Source: Isurus oxyrinchus | Lineage: Eukaryota | Reading direction: 5' to 3' | DNA: 64,000 nt | Assembly (NCBI GenBank): GCA_026770705.1 | Contig: JANJGN010000026.1 | Span: forward strand, 33,480,001-33,544,000 | Shown: positions 1-12,240 of the stretch, in pieces | Numbering within the stretch: the stretch's first letter is position 1 | Layout: every line of letters begins with the position of its first letter | Program-made: the position numbers and the translations under genes | The notes under the pieces: model-generated | The model's database searches: none | What the model was told of the DNA's origin: nothing | Seen by the model: the letters and a program-made list of their open reading frames with translations, nothing else

Positions 1-364
1 GTGCGATTCACATAATCCAACTCTGCTGAAAAACGGTCCCCACGAAATCTTCTGGTGTCCTCGCTGTACCTATTCCTCTGCAGCAGATACTCCATGGATC
101 TGCTGGGATACTGACGGTACCGGAATAGGTAATAATTGCCAGTGCTTGTAGCTGTACAATTAGAGAACAGCTGAACATCGTTTCCTTCACTCACTGTGAC
201 TGCAGCCGGTGTCTGTGAAACAGAGTGTCCTCCACAATGTCCTGTAAGAGACCAGAGAGATATTCAATTACACAATGTCACTTCATTAAGTCTCCCCCAG
301 AATCGGTCCGTTACCCTGAACAATAACCTGAGAAAAGAATCAGGGCAGCTCAACGTGTATACAT
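1..364 (-). pseudogene. TRAV/DV: TCR alpha/delta V pseudogene, truncated by window start
   Basis: V exon starts at 241 after ...cttacag and reads HCGGHSVSQTPAAVTVSEGNDVQLFSNCTATSTGNYYLFRYRQYPSRSMEYLLQRNRYSEDTRRFRGDRFSAELD, with W41 replaced by R. The candidate leader at 364 has a TGA at codon 5. Confidence 0.8.
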
Positions 365-1479
365 TTCCCACAGTTCAGGGGCTGTACCGAGAAACAGTTT
401 GGACGGATTAAATAAACCTTCCTTTAATGAACTTTTGGCAACTTCTCTGGAGATCAGTTCCTCGCCTTCGTTTCCTGCAATTTGGAGGGAAAACTGAAAA
501 CTTCCAATGGGTTAAAAACTCGAGTATTTGTCAAAGTCCGTGGATACCAATGATTTATTTCTCTGGGATCAATCCATTCTTACCTATGTATTGAGCGAAC
601 TGCTCGATTAAATGCAATGTTTCGTGACGATGAGAAACACAGATGTGAAACTATCGGTTAACAGAGCTGCCGTTGTGAAGAATAAATACAAAGTAACAGG
701 AGACATGTTTGCACAGAATTCGTGGCGGAATTGAGCAGGAGGGGCTGAAGTTGAAATTGCTTTAGTCAAGAATTGGGAAGAGATTGAGCCACTCTGCTGA
801 TTGGTTTGGTCCTGGAAGCGTCATCAGTTCACAACCAAACATCTTAAAACTCATTTGTCTTCAATTAAACCGACGATCTCACAACTCCTTGGATCTCCAA
901 TCCTTCGGCGAGGGGAGAAATGGACAAAGTGAATTTGTTCACCTCAAATCTGAGTACTGGGCGATGATTAAACCTAATGTTGGCCCTTTGACAGGTTTAA
1001 TCTGTAAGGCAAGGACAGAGAAGGAAAACAGTTCACATTGTTCTGGTAGGGAAGCCGGAGCCCCCAATCGAAGGAGCTGCCTCTCTGACTATGCGTACAG
1101 CCCGCTCCGGATGCAGACAGCCAGTGGGGACTGGGGCATTTAAATACAGCAAGGCGGTAAATAGAGAAATGCCGCATTTGAAATGAATTAAATGGTGAAA
1201 GGGAGGGAATTGGCTGTTTGATGGATTTTAGTAGAACGGGAGTGTGTGGACAACGTATTTGCTCAACAATCTTCGATTAACTGATCTTTAGCAATACTTA
1301 CAGGAAATGTATATTGAAAATAGCCAAGTTCACATGAATATATTTGTTAATTAACAGTACCACAGACATCCATTGGATGTTGATTTCCGAATTCAAAATT
1401 AAGCGATTAAAAAAAACAAGTCAAGCCTTCACACCCATAATCTCTCTCATCTAGAAGAACTAGTGCAGCAGATAGATGA

Positions 1480-1725
1480 GAACACCACCACCAGGAAGTT
1501 CCCCTCCAAATCACTCATCATCCTGATTTGGAAATATATCGCCGTTCCTTCACTGTTGCTGGGTTAAAATCCTGGAACTCCCTCCATAACAGCACTGTGG
1601 GTAAACCTATGCTGCATGGGCTGCAGCGGTTCAAGGAGGTAGTTCAACACCTCCTTCTCAAGGGCCATTAGGGACGGACAACAAATGCAGATCTGGCCAG
1701 CGTCACTGAACCTCAATAAATAATA
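1480..1725 (+). mobile_element. CR1-type LINE 3' end fragment
   Basis: Matches in reverse complement the copy at about 22360-22700 (AATCCTGGAACTCCCT...GGTTCAAG...CTTCTCAAGGG...CAATAAA). Resembles the shark CR1 RT tail and 3' UTR. Confidence 0.6.
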
Positions 1726-1996
1726 AAAACTCTCAATCCATAATCCGTTTCGACCCAAACCACCAAATGAACCATCCTCCTCCTGCCATCTGGTGATGTG
1801 TGTTTGTAAACTTTATGAACAGAAAGTGGGCGACTCGGAGTGATGTGGGCCAATCAAAATCAGGCATAGCTGATATCGTTTTTTAAAAGGAAGAAATGAC
1901 AGACTTTCTAAATCACTGTTTAGTTGTGATCTTCACAACTGATCAGAGTTATTCCTGGCGTTGGCAGGAAGAACCGCTGTCGTGCATAGTGGTGGG

Positions 1997-2332
1997 AGTT
2001 TCAGTGCAAGGATTGAGCTGTTATTATCATTATGAGTCTCAAGCAGCAGAAATGAACCAAGGTATCGCTCAGCTGCAGCCTAGAGATTGCTGAAGTGTAA
2101 ATTTTGTCAAACTGTCGACTTGTCCAGAAAAACGTGTTTCCGCAAAATTTGCTTTATCTTCAGAGCTGCTCGGGTATTTAATAAGAATAAACTCTAGCTG
2201 TGTTTCAGTATGTTGATGTTCCCATAAAAATTCGAGATGTTGCCCTATGCAGTAACATAGATAAAGTTTAAAGTCACCGCTGTTTCTTCTATCTTAACAG
2301 CAGCTGAGAGGCAGAATCTCCATGACTCAGAC
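1997..2332 (-). pseudogene. TRAV/DV: Degenerate TCR V relic with decayed RSS
   Basis: Broken frames give LSHGDSASQ...DKANFAETRFSGQVDS...ISRLQLSDTLVHFCCLR, followed by CATAATG-22-ACTGAAACT (2034-1997). Confidence 0.65.
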
Positions 2333-3821
2333 CTACACACAGAAAGCGACGAGTGTGTGAAATAACATCCCAGCTGGAATTGAAGATGACTAGTCCCCTC
2401 ACGATTTTAGGGAAAGGATTGGGGGCACATTGGGGGAGGGAGTTAGAACCTCCCCGAATTTTTGAGACAAAATTTGCTGCATGGCCTCCCTCATCTGAAT
2501 CATCAAATGAACTGAAACACCATGGGAACTGTATTCAGTCTGAAATGAAAATACAAAATTATGGAGATGCTCAGCAAGACTGACAGCAGCTTTGGAGAGA
2601 GAAACAGAATCAACATTTTGATATATCAGAACTAGAAAATAATGGTACAGAAAAAAAAACGGAGTTTAAGCAAGCACAGGGCCGGTAAAAGCGGAAGGGC
2701 ATAAAGAGCAAACCCTGAAATACGGTGCAAGGCAAAGGGGATCATGTTCCAGGAGAAGAGCTGTGGGAATGGGACAAGTTAATATACAAATGATTGTCCT
2801 GGAGAAGAAGTAATTATGAAAAGCAGATCCATCAGCAGCAAAACTGCAAATAGGAAACATCAAAAGAAAAAAGAACAGTGCGTGGAGGTTAGGCTTGGAA
2901 ATTGTTGAAAGGAATCTGGAGGTCGGAAAGCTAATAAGTGCTGGAAAGCTGCATCTTGCAGCTCCATGGCACCAGAGGGCAGTGGGAGCCTATATTGTGT
3001 TCAGTGTTTGGGTGAGTTCCAGACTCTGAAATATGTTCAGTTACTTTATTGATGAAAAAGTGATTAAAGGAGCAGATGTGGAGAGAAAAAATATTATAAC
3101 ATTGACAAGAATTTTATATTGGTCAGCGTAATTTAGTATTATGAGTTGTCAGTGTTGTATTACTAGCGGTAGTTGCAAATATTCAACAGAACAGTTTGCA
3201 TTGCATCCATGTCGGGAAACAGATTGGTTCAAACTGTAACATGATATTTTAGGATTAATATTAGGGCATTGTCACACTGAGAATGATCCGTGTACAATAA
3301 AGCTTCAGCCAGAATGTGGGAGGAAAATACAATGGAATTGTTGGGTGCTACAGTTGAAATCACGATGTAGAGACTCCACGGATAAAGGACCTATACCAGA
3401 GAGGAATAGCGATTTTCACTTGCAGCTATCATTTGAACTGTAGCTTGGCGGGAATTCTCATGAATAATTGCAGCATGCAATTAACAGTAGGCACCTCCAG
3501 AGAGCAGTGTGAACCAGTGAGAAATATCGAATGTGGGCGGCCCCGTGTTAGCTCAGAGACAGTGTGAGCCGATGTCGCTATGAATTAGTGAATGTAGGTG
3601 GCCAGACATGACCTCAGAGTCAACGTGAACTCGTGCTAGTGTGAACCCTGAAGCGGGCAGACCACAGGAATCAGCCTCTCTCGTTACTTCGTCATCAAGG
3701 CACCTCTGAGTCTGAACTGAAGCGGGCATTTGGCTCCTTGTTGAATCTTAATATCCATCGTCTAGTCCAAACGCGATCTCCGCGGTCAATTGCTTCAGCT
3801 GGCATTTCATGTGACCTAATA

Positions 3822-4193
3822 ATGCTCTGGATTTACAGAGTTTGTTTGTTCTTATCCATTCTGATCTCCACTGAAGTGACCATTGAAGATGAGGTGACGC
3901 AGCCCCCAGTGTGGATAGTTGTTAGTAAAGCGGGAATCGTATCCATGAACTGCACCATCACCAATGTGATGGACATGGTGCGTTGGTACAGGCAGTTCCT
4001 CAATTAATGACCCCAACGTCCAGTGATGGCCACAAAAGGAGCTGATCAAAACGGGAGGATCACTGCTTCAATCCGGGGAGACAGCAAACTGAGTATCCTG
4101 ACTGTGAGGGGCATGCGAGTTACAGACACCGCCACCTATGTCTGCGCCATGAGCCACAGTGTAACAAGCAAACCGAGAGCTCGTACAGAAACC
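3822..4193 (+). pseudogene. TRAV/DV: TCR V pseudogene (two tandem in-frame stops) with intact 23-RSS
   Basis: EDEVTQPP..SMNCTIT..VRWYRQFLN**PQRP..RITASIRGDSKLSILTVRGMRVTDTATYVCAMS in one frame, with TAA TGA at 4005-4010. RSS: CACAGTG 4155-4161, 23 bp, ACAGAAACC 4185-4193. Confidence 0.85.
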
Positions 4194-6794
4194 TACATAG
4201 AGTGGGAACTCTGCTGTACTGTTCTTCCATGATTGGCGTTGTGAGTGGTGCATTAATAATAATTCAAAGGCCGGGTGGGGGCAGGCGAGGGGTGCTGCGG
4301 GTGCTGAGTGGGGTTGAGTGCAAAAGCAACAAAACATATATAAAGATTTAAAGTGGATCAGAAATGATGAGACAAAAACAGAAAATGCTGGATAAACTCA
4401 GCAGGTGTTAGAGCATCAGTGGGGAGAGAAACAGAGTTAACGATTGGAGTCAGTATGACTTCCTCAGAACTAAAGAAAAGTAAAAATGTGATGAAATTTA
4501 AAGGGGGGGGGGATGTGGAGCAGGTGAAGCTGGATAGAAGGCCAGCAATAGGTTGGGCAATGGAAATATTGACAAAGATGTCAATTGTGCTCGGTGTGAT
4601 ACCAACCAGTGGCAGTAGCAATTCATGGTCTGATATACCTCCTCGTGGTCAGTTTTGAAGAAGTTCCTTTTAGCTGATCTCACAAAACATAATAACTTTC
4701 TGAGGTCTCCTGAGGCCTTTCTCAGCGTAGACCTCCACACATGGGGACACGGTGGTGTAGTGGTAATTTCCCTGGCTATTATCCAAAAGCCCAAGCCAAT
4801 GCTCTGCAGACACGTGTTCAATTCCTTCTATAGCAGCTGGTGGAACTTAAAATTCAAATAAGAAAATCTGGGAATGGTAACCATTAATCTATCATCAATT
4901 GTCACTTAAAAAAAAACCTTCTAGCCTGGCCACTCATTTGTCAAGACGGCTCCCCACCGTCAGCCCTAACAGATTGGCAATAAATGCTGACCTCGTGACA
5001 GAATAAAACAGAAACGGCGCTGCAGTGCACTCAAGGTGGAAAGATCTTAGAGAAAAACAATCATTAGCTTACGTCTTTCCACAGGACTGTATGAAAATGG
5101 GAGTCTGGTTCTGACGATGAAGATGCAAGGGCTTATTCATATGGATGTCGAATATATACAACTTATGCTAATCAAGATTCATTCCAGATATTGGACTTCT
5201 GTTCACCACTGCCCGATTGAACCTCCAGAATTCACGAGTGCAGAAAATAGTGCTGCTTAACCATCGAACCAGAATGAAAGAAGGATAGCAGATGGACGAA
5301 CCAATAGATAGGTAGATTAGATAACCTGTTTTTTATCTGTAATGACACTTTGCTCCAGAACCAAAGGAGAAAGCAAAAGTTTATTGGATAGATTGAGAGG
5401 GATGAGTGTTATAGAATGAGATATAAATAGACTGGGATAGAAAACTAGGCAGAGAAATTGATAGAATTAAACATCAATAAATAAAGGAGAGTTGCGTCAG
5501 TAATGGAATGGGCGATCAGACAGATGTAAACATAAATAAGCAAATCAGAAAAACCTCAAAAATTGAAAACACGAAACGTCATATTGGAAGCAGTCTCTCT
5601 AAACTGGAACACTGCACTTCATCTAGTGTCTCAGCTGACACTTTCGGACTGAAGGGGCTGGACTTGATGTATTTCCGCCAGCACATTGAACAACTGAAAT
5701 TTCCTACTTCAAACCAAAAGCCCATTTGCAATGAGCTACCGGTGAGCATTTTCGTGGTCCATGTGAATCATCACTGCCTGTGGCCTCAGTACACGGGCTC
5801 CCTCTGCGGTTCTGCTTTGCACGTGCCATTTGAGCCCCCGACCCCAGGAATAGGGGAGGATACTGCCTCATCCTTGCCGGCCCAACAGACACAATGTCGT
5901 GCGCACATCTTGAAATTATTTCCACACAGAAATAAACCGTTCAATTAAAGATTATGCTTCAAAGGGATTCTCATTCTAATCGTATTGAGAAGCTAATGCT
6001 CCCAGTTAATGAGGAATACGTTTCTGGATGCTCCAATTGCTGAAATGGCCCATTGCATGGTAATGAAAATATAAAGCGATACCATTGCAGTGTCTCATTC
6101 TCAAAATGTTTCACTGCAGAATCTTTGCTCTCCGAATTGTCTGTTTCCTCTGTCTATAACTGTTTCTCTGCTTGTGTGTTTATGTTTGTGCTTACCTACC
6201 TGTGTTTCTATGTCTGTGTTTATCTGTTTATGTGCCTCTATCTGTGTTTGTCCGTATGTGCGTCTATGTTTGATTATATTTGTATGCCTGCCTCTGACTG
6301 TATTTTTATGTCTCTGTTCTATGTTTATGTTGATTCAAATGTGTGTCTACATTTCAGTAAATGTGCTTCTGTATCAGTAACTGTGTTTACATGTCTGCTT
6401 GTCTACTTCTCTGTATCGGTATGCTTGATTATGCATTCTGTACGAGGTTTACAGTGAACAATCTTTGATCACTAATTTTCAGACTTCTGTCGCAAGCAAC
6501 TCAGCCGAATACATATCAAAAACCTCAAAGACATAACTGGCATTATGTTAGCACACATTTAATTTTATATTAGTGTGTGTGCATATGCCTGCATGTTTTT
6601 AAGTGTCCGTGTGTGCATATGCTTTTATATGTATATGGTTGTGTGTGGATATGTCCCTGAACGTGGCTGTGTGAGTCCGTTTCAATGTGGTTTTATTGTC
6701 CGCAAGAGGGCGCTGTCTGACCACTTGCTGAAGATCACGGTCCGCTTCTACAGGAAGTGACTGTTTGAAAAAGTAAGGGTGGGCGAGAGAAGAC

Positions 6795-6820
6795 ATCCTA
6801 GCCAATCGTATAAAATCCTC
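6795..6820 (+). promoter_or_regulatory. CCAAT and TATA promoter elements of the V gene at 6898
   Basis: AGCCAATC followed by TATAAAAT about 90 bp upstream of the ATG. The upstream block (GAGGGCGCTGTCTGACCACTTG...CAGGAAGTG) is conserved in the paralog at about 28620-28730. Confidence 0.5.
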
Positions 6821-6897
6821 GAACTATTTTTTCAATTTCGCCAATTGCAGCTCTGGTACAGACAGTGATCTCTGTTTCTGGAGTGCGGACTGGAACC

Positions 6898-7380
6898 ATG
6901 GAGGTGAAACTCTGTCTGACTCTAATTATTGGCCTGAACACAGGTCGGTCTAATTGAACCTCCCTACTAAATTCCGCAGCCCTCATATTATTTCCCATTT
7001 CCAGCTCCAAGTGATGATTCTCTTTTTGTTACCCCATCTAAGCCTCTTTGTGTCTGTTATTTATTTTCAGAGATGAGTAACGGAGACTCAGTGTCACAGT
7101 CAGAACAAGGACTCGAAGGAAAAGAGGGTGAAGATTCAGCAATATCCTGCATTTACTCTGTATCGATTTCAGCTGCAGGCTATGGCTTGTTCTGGTATCG
7201 CCAGTATTCACACCCAGCTCCTCAATACCTTCTCAGAGCCGATAGTTATGGGTTTAATGAGACGGCTCCCAGCTTTGAACACTTCAGCGGGGATCTCAAC
7301 ATGACACAAAGCACTTTTCACTTGTCCATGAAAGATTTGAAGATCACAGACAATGCCGTGTATTACTGCGCGCTGAGGAC
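6898..7380 (+). CDS. TRAV/DV: Functional TCR alpha/delta V segment (leader 6898-6943, V exon 7071-7380)
   Basis: Leader MEVKLCLTLIIGLNT with phase-1 GT..AG intron. V exon DSVSQSEQ..AISCIYS..LFWYRQY..APQYLL..DNAVYYCALRT has C23, W41 and C104. Confidence 0.93.
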
Positions 7381-7419
7381 CACAGTGAATGAGGGTCCCT
7401 CGTGCCTCATACAAAAACT
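7381..7419 (+). other. 23-RSS (recombination signal sequence)
   Basis: CACAGTG, 23 bp, ACAAAAACT immediately after the V exon. Confidence 0.95.
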
Positions 7420-8281
7420 AGGCGCAGGTCGACATCAAGAGTTCGGTATCAGGATAATACAAGGGGAAGAATCCCAGATGAAATATACGAGATTAATCTC
7501 GAGGATACAGGCTAATCCGACCCGGTTTCTTTTCTCTTTGAGGTTAAAGCTTGTCCGTGTTGGGAAATGCGATATTTTAATCCAGAGCCAAATTTAATTA
7601 TTTCCCGATCCCATTAGCACAACCCTGCAGATCTCCCGGTGAATAATATAATTCTAACTGTCAGAGGGCATTTTCCAAGTCATTGTGTCTCAAAGGTGAC
7701 ACATTTTGAAGTTTCTGTGGTAAAAATATTGACTGACTGAATTGAGAAATATCCCGGTACAAGGTGATCTCCAATGCTACCGTGTCTGAGTTTGGAGCCG
7801 GGTGGCTACTTATCAAGTCCCTTGTAAACTTACTAAGGTATCTATTAAAAGTGCAAATGACTGCACTGTGTTCATCAAGACATGGGAAAGAGACTAATTT
7901 TCAATTATTTCACTTCTCACCTCACTGACAAAATGAGATCTACCTTTCAAAAAAAAGAGACATTGAATTGTAAAGAAAGCGCGTTAAAACAAGAAAGAGA
8001 CGAAACAGCTGCTAATGTGAGACAGAGCCAGGCAGTGAGAAAGGCAGATAAACAAGTGCAGGTATGGAATGTGATTGGAGAGAGCGGGCTGTGTTTAACC
8101 CTGAACGAAGAGTGATTGGTCTACAGCTGACATCAGATTTGAGAGGCCAGCCAATAGCAGCACTGAGAAACACCCCTCAATTACCCAATAATTAAAACCT
8201 GCCTCCGGTCTGAGTTTATTCTTTGAGATAAGACTAGAAGCAGCAAGATATTTTAAACAGTCTGCCGTTTACTGTCGAGTC

Positions 8282-8764
8282 ATGAACCGTGTGTTCCCTG
8301 TTTGCTTGACTGATAACAATGGTCGTGCTGCCGGGTGAGTCTGAGCTAAACTCCACAGTGTGTGTTCCATCGGTTATATTTACTGCCAGATCTTTGACAC
8401 ATTCGTTATGTTGCCGCAGGAACCAATGGCCAAGATTCAGTTTCCCAAGAGCGCCCTAAATATCGGTTCAGGGAGTTTGGACGGTAATATATTGAATTGC
8501 AGTTACAGAAAAAATTGCGCTGTGCCAGTACTATTCTGGTATGTGTAGTATTCCGGGGAAGCTCCGAGATCTTTACTGAGGAGGTTCGGCAATGGGCAGG
8601 GAAATTGTCTCCAAATTTTCCTGACCGGTTTTCTGCTGATTTAGACCAAGACATGAAAACTGCTCCTTTAGATATCGATGGAGCGCTTGTCTCTGACTCT
8701 GCCGTGTATCACTGTGCGTTGGTGCCACACAGTTACAGTGGCGCAGCCAGTCCGTCCAAAAACC
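8282..8764 (+). pseudogene. TRAV/DV: TCR V pseudogene
   Basis: Frameshifted leader ending GTGAGT. V exon TNGQDSVSQ..LNCSY..LFWYV*..FPDRFSADLD..DSAVYHCALV has frameshifts. RSS CACACAG-23-CCAAAAACC (8726-8764). Confidence 0.85.
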
Positions 8765-9472
8765 AGCAAGGCACTCCCACCTCTTCTCACTGAATCAGAT
8801 CGGTGACCTGGACTGTGAATGTTAATTTAAGCTAAATCACATCATCATGACCAGATTGTCTGGATTATCTCTTTCTGTCGTGCAGAATGTATGGCATTCC
8901 ATGTGAAATCCCTCTTTCTATTGCCTGTGAGTATTTTTCATGGTCATCGAGAAGCTCTTTTAATGGGAGACTCGAACACTTGTCACAGAACAACTTTAAC
9001 TATTACCCATCATCGCTCCACATCAAAGATTGACCCCCTGAAAGAAACTATATCGGCTTCAATGACGTTCTCATTATTCTGCACTCCAGAGCGTCGTCGC
9101 TGAGTTTATTTTAGACTGAGGTTGATAGCTCTATGAAACAAGGGATTTGGGGCATGATGCAGGAAGGTGGATGAGAGTTAGGTAAGTAGATTAGAGATAG
9201 ATGATGCTGCAGGGTCGAGAGACCGAATATCCGACTCCAGCTCATGTTTCATATGTTCGTATGCTCTCACTCCTTATTTCGAGCTCTCTGACGTCACGGA
9301 TTGAATGAACTGTGAGCTGATTGGGTGAATTCAAGGACAAAGAGCTGTGAGCTCAGTCAGGAATGAACCAATCGGGTGCGGGACCGGATATTACTCGACA
9401 TCTTCTTAACTCTTCACTGAAACAATTCTGGTTGGAATCAATCTATTCAAATCCGCCATCGGCTCTGCAAAC

Positions 9473-10001
9473 ATGTTTCCTGTTCATTCTTCGCAGCTGT
9501 GATTCTCTTAACTGGTAAATTCCCAAGTTACACAATGTTTATCTTGCAGGTTATACTGATAGTGTGATCTTCCTTTGAACTATATTTCCCTTTATTTGTA
9601 AAGGGCTCCGTTAACATGCTAACCCTGATTGTAACAGTGATAATAAAAAGTTGACGTTCTGTACTTTGAATTTTCTGCAGACTTGGTGTTACAGGAGCCG
9701 GTTGCAGGTGCACAGTTTGAAGGAGACTCGCTGATCATCAATTTCAGCTATTCGGTCACGATTTGCTTCTGCTCCTTGCAACTGTAACGTCAGGAGGGCG
9801 AGAAAGCCCCCACAATATTGACCTATATCCCTTCCGCTGGGCTTGTTTTCAATGCAAAGGGCGCGGGGGCTCGATTATCTGCATCTCTCGACACTTCCAG
9901 AAATGAGGGGAATTTCAACATCCGTGACCTGCGGGGTGTATTACTGCAGGCTGAGGGACACAGTGACAAGTACCAAAGGAAACCTTCTTCATACAGAAGC
10001 A
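9473..10001 (+). pseudogene. TRAV/DV: TCR V pseudogene (family lacking Cys23 and Trp41)
   Basis: QFEGDSLIINFSYS..LQL*RQ..GARLSASLDTSRNEGNFNIRDL, then a deletion, then VYYCRLR. CACAGTG at 9959-9965 with an over-long spacer. Paralog of 25739-26280. Confidence 0.8.
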
Positions 10002-11008
10002 CTGCAGAATCGTGACCCGGTGAAAGGAATGAGGATAAATAAAGACTTTCAAAGCATTTAACCGGAATGTGCTCATTGAAAGTAAATCAAATAAGCAACA
10101 ATCTGATCGTAACAGGTGCGGCATTTTGAAATGTTCCATTTACATCGAATGCATTCTGAACATAAAGTAAAATGTGTTCAGAAAATTCATCCCATTTTTA
10201 AAATTAAAGTTGCAAAGGCAGAAATGCTGAGCCACATTTTTGACCTTATGTTCCAGCCGTTACAGGGGGTACACACAACAAAAATGCGGTATCAGTTACA
10301 GATCACTGAAGGGACGCACAGGAAAAAAGAACAAAGACTTTGCATTTTCATAAAGCCTTACCTGGTGTGTTCAGATTTCCCAAAGCGCTTCCAGTGCTCA
10401 AACTTTCTGATACTTCAAAAAAAAAGCTTTTGTATTCAGTCGGTTTCCTGGTCATCTGTTCCGGTGCCTAGAACACAGCAGATTGTCCTTGTAGATTATT
10501 CAATCTATTAATCAATGTCCATCAGCTTCTAATCATGTCTTGAAAATAACCTCTTTGTGCCTGTTTATATTATAGATTCTTAATTTCAATATGTAGTAGC
10601 ACCTAACATTGAGAGATTTTAATCAGGTCATTATATTTATTCGGATTCCCCTCACCTGGTGGCCTTATGTCTACACTATTGGCTATTTAAACACAAAAGA
10701 AACATTTGTTCATTTGCCGTGAATTCTTTCATAAACAGCAGTGCACTGATATAAATGGACGCCGGCCACTTTCATGTGCTTGTATTCTCAATGGATATGG
10801 CGAGCTCTCAGACATTCACAAATAAACAACAGGATTCTGCCCCACACATTTAATACAGTAATCAGACTGAATCAATATTCAATGTGAGTGATTTTAGATG
10901 GTGCTTATGTGCATTGTGCCCGTACAGGAAGGATTGACGTGTCAGTGTCTGAGCCGCTGTTATAAACATCCCTCAACAGACAGCAGCTGTGCCCCAGAAA
11001 ACTGCAGC

Positions 11009-11047
11009 AGTTATTGTACGAGGCTTTCACTCATTCTCATCACTGTG
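11009..11047 (-). other. 23-RSS
   Basis: CACAGTG (11047-11041), 23 bp, ACAATAACT (11017-11009). Confidence 0.92.
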
Positions 11048-12083
11048 AGACTCTGTGCACAGTAATAGACCGCGGTGTCAGACAGCCGTATCTCTGAGAT
11101 AGTCAATCGGTACGACTTGTCTGTCTGCTGGACTGTATCAGAAAACCGGCTCTGAGCGAAATCCGCCTTAAATTCTGAACCTCCGCCCTTGTGCCTCTGG
11201 ACTGCAAACTCGGGCTGTCTGCCTGCGTACTGCCGGTACCAGAATAAGAAAGAAGCATCGTCGGTATAGGTGCAGTTTAAAGTGGCATCTTCTCCCTCTG
11301 TCTGTGTGAGTAAGGGTTGAGTAACAGACCCTCCATCGCTCAGATCTGGAACACATGATTAAAGAAAGCAGAAATCAGCGATTAAAACTTCAACTGAACA
11401 GAACTGAGAGTGAAAATTCACAGTCAGTGTGACATAGATCAAATGTAATTTCGAGCACGCAACAGTTCATTCGGCCCAAATGGTCCATCTCTGTGTTTCC
11501 AACCACGAAGAGCATCCTCGCTCTCTCAGCAAATCCTTCCAACCTTTTCACCCTCTTCCGCTTATCCCATTTCCCTTCATTACAGCTAGACGTTTTGTCT
11601 CAGCTGCTCCTTGTGGCACTGAATTCCTTATTCTAAAAATTAAAGATAGTTGTTGTGAACCCCCTATTGAGTCTTTTCCGTGACTCTTATATTTATAACC
11701 CATACTTTAGGAATCCTCCACAAATGGAATTGTATTTTCCATCGAACTCCTTCATCATTTTGAAGACCTCTATTCAGTTCCCCTTCAGTTTCTCTTTACC
11801 AGAGGACAGGCCCCCAGTCTGTACAGTTCTTGCTGAATTCTAGTACCATCATTGTAATTGGGTTTCTTTTCATTTTATTTTGTGGCCTGTGTTCGTCTGA
11901 TTAAAGACCAGAACATTTCACCATAAATCCGAGTGTGGTCCGATCAAGATCCGAAACATGGTTAACATGAATTTTCTGCTTTTCAAATTGATTCTCCCAG
12001 AAATTAAGCCCCCTTTTTCAAATTTTAAACTTCTTACCGACAATGAATGCCACCCAAACTACAGCGAGAACGGAGAGCTGCAT
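11048..12083 (-). CDS. TRAV/DV: Functional TCR alpha/delta V segment (leader 12083-12038, V exon 11345-11048)
   Basis: Leader MQLSVLAVVWVAFIV then GTAAG, intron about 0.69 kb. V exon DLSDGGSVTQPLLTQTEGEDATLNCTYTDDASFLFWYRQYAGRQPEFAVQRHKGGGSEFKADFAQSRFSDTVQQTDKSYRLTISEIRLSDTAVYYCAQS is open with no stops. Not captured by the ORF track. Confidence 0.9.
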
Positions 12084-12164
12084 TGCTGCTCTTGCAGGGG
12101 ATGTTTTGTGTCTCAGAAACCTGCAGAAGACCGGACAAGAAAAGCTGAGTCAATTGGCTGAGGC

Positions 12165-12240
12165 GGATCTGATGTCACTTCCTGAGGATATTGGATCGAA
12201 AGACCTGAAATCACTGGATCTGATTGGTCTGATGTGACTC
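12165..12240 (-). promoter_or_regulatory. V promoter with CRE-like, ETS and CCAAT motifs
   Basis: TGATGTCA next to CACTTCCTG, plus GATTGG. The arrangement is conserved upstream of the paralog at about 25070-25140. Confidence 0.45.

Noticed and set aside
5080-5235. Possible V FR1-FR2 relic (also about 3350-3440, 5745-5830 and 15420-15720)
   Set aside because: Only scattered motif resemblance, too decayed to support without an alignment.
6053-6457. 134-aa and 96-aa hydrophobic, Cys-rich ORFs
   Set aside because: Translation of TG/TC-rich low-complexity sequence. The same applies to ORFs at 13640-13984, 27535-27888, 53154-53422 and 62572-63009.
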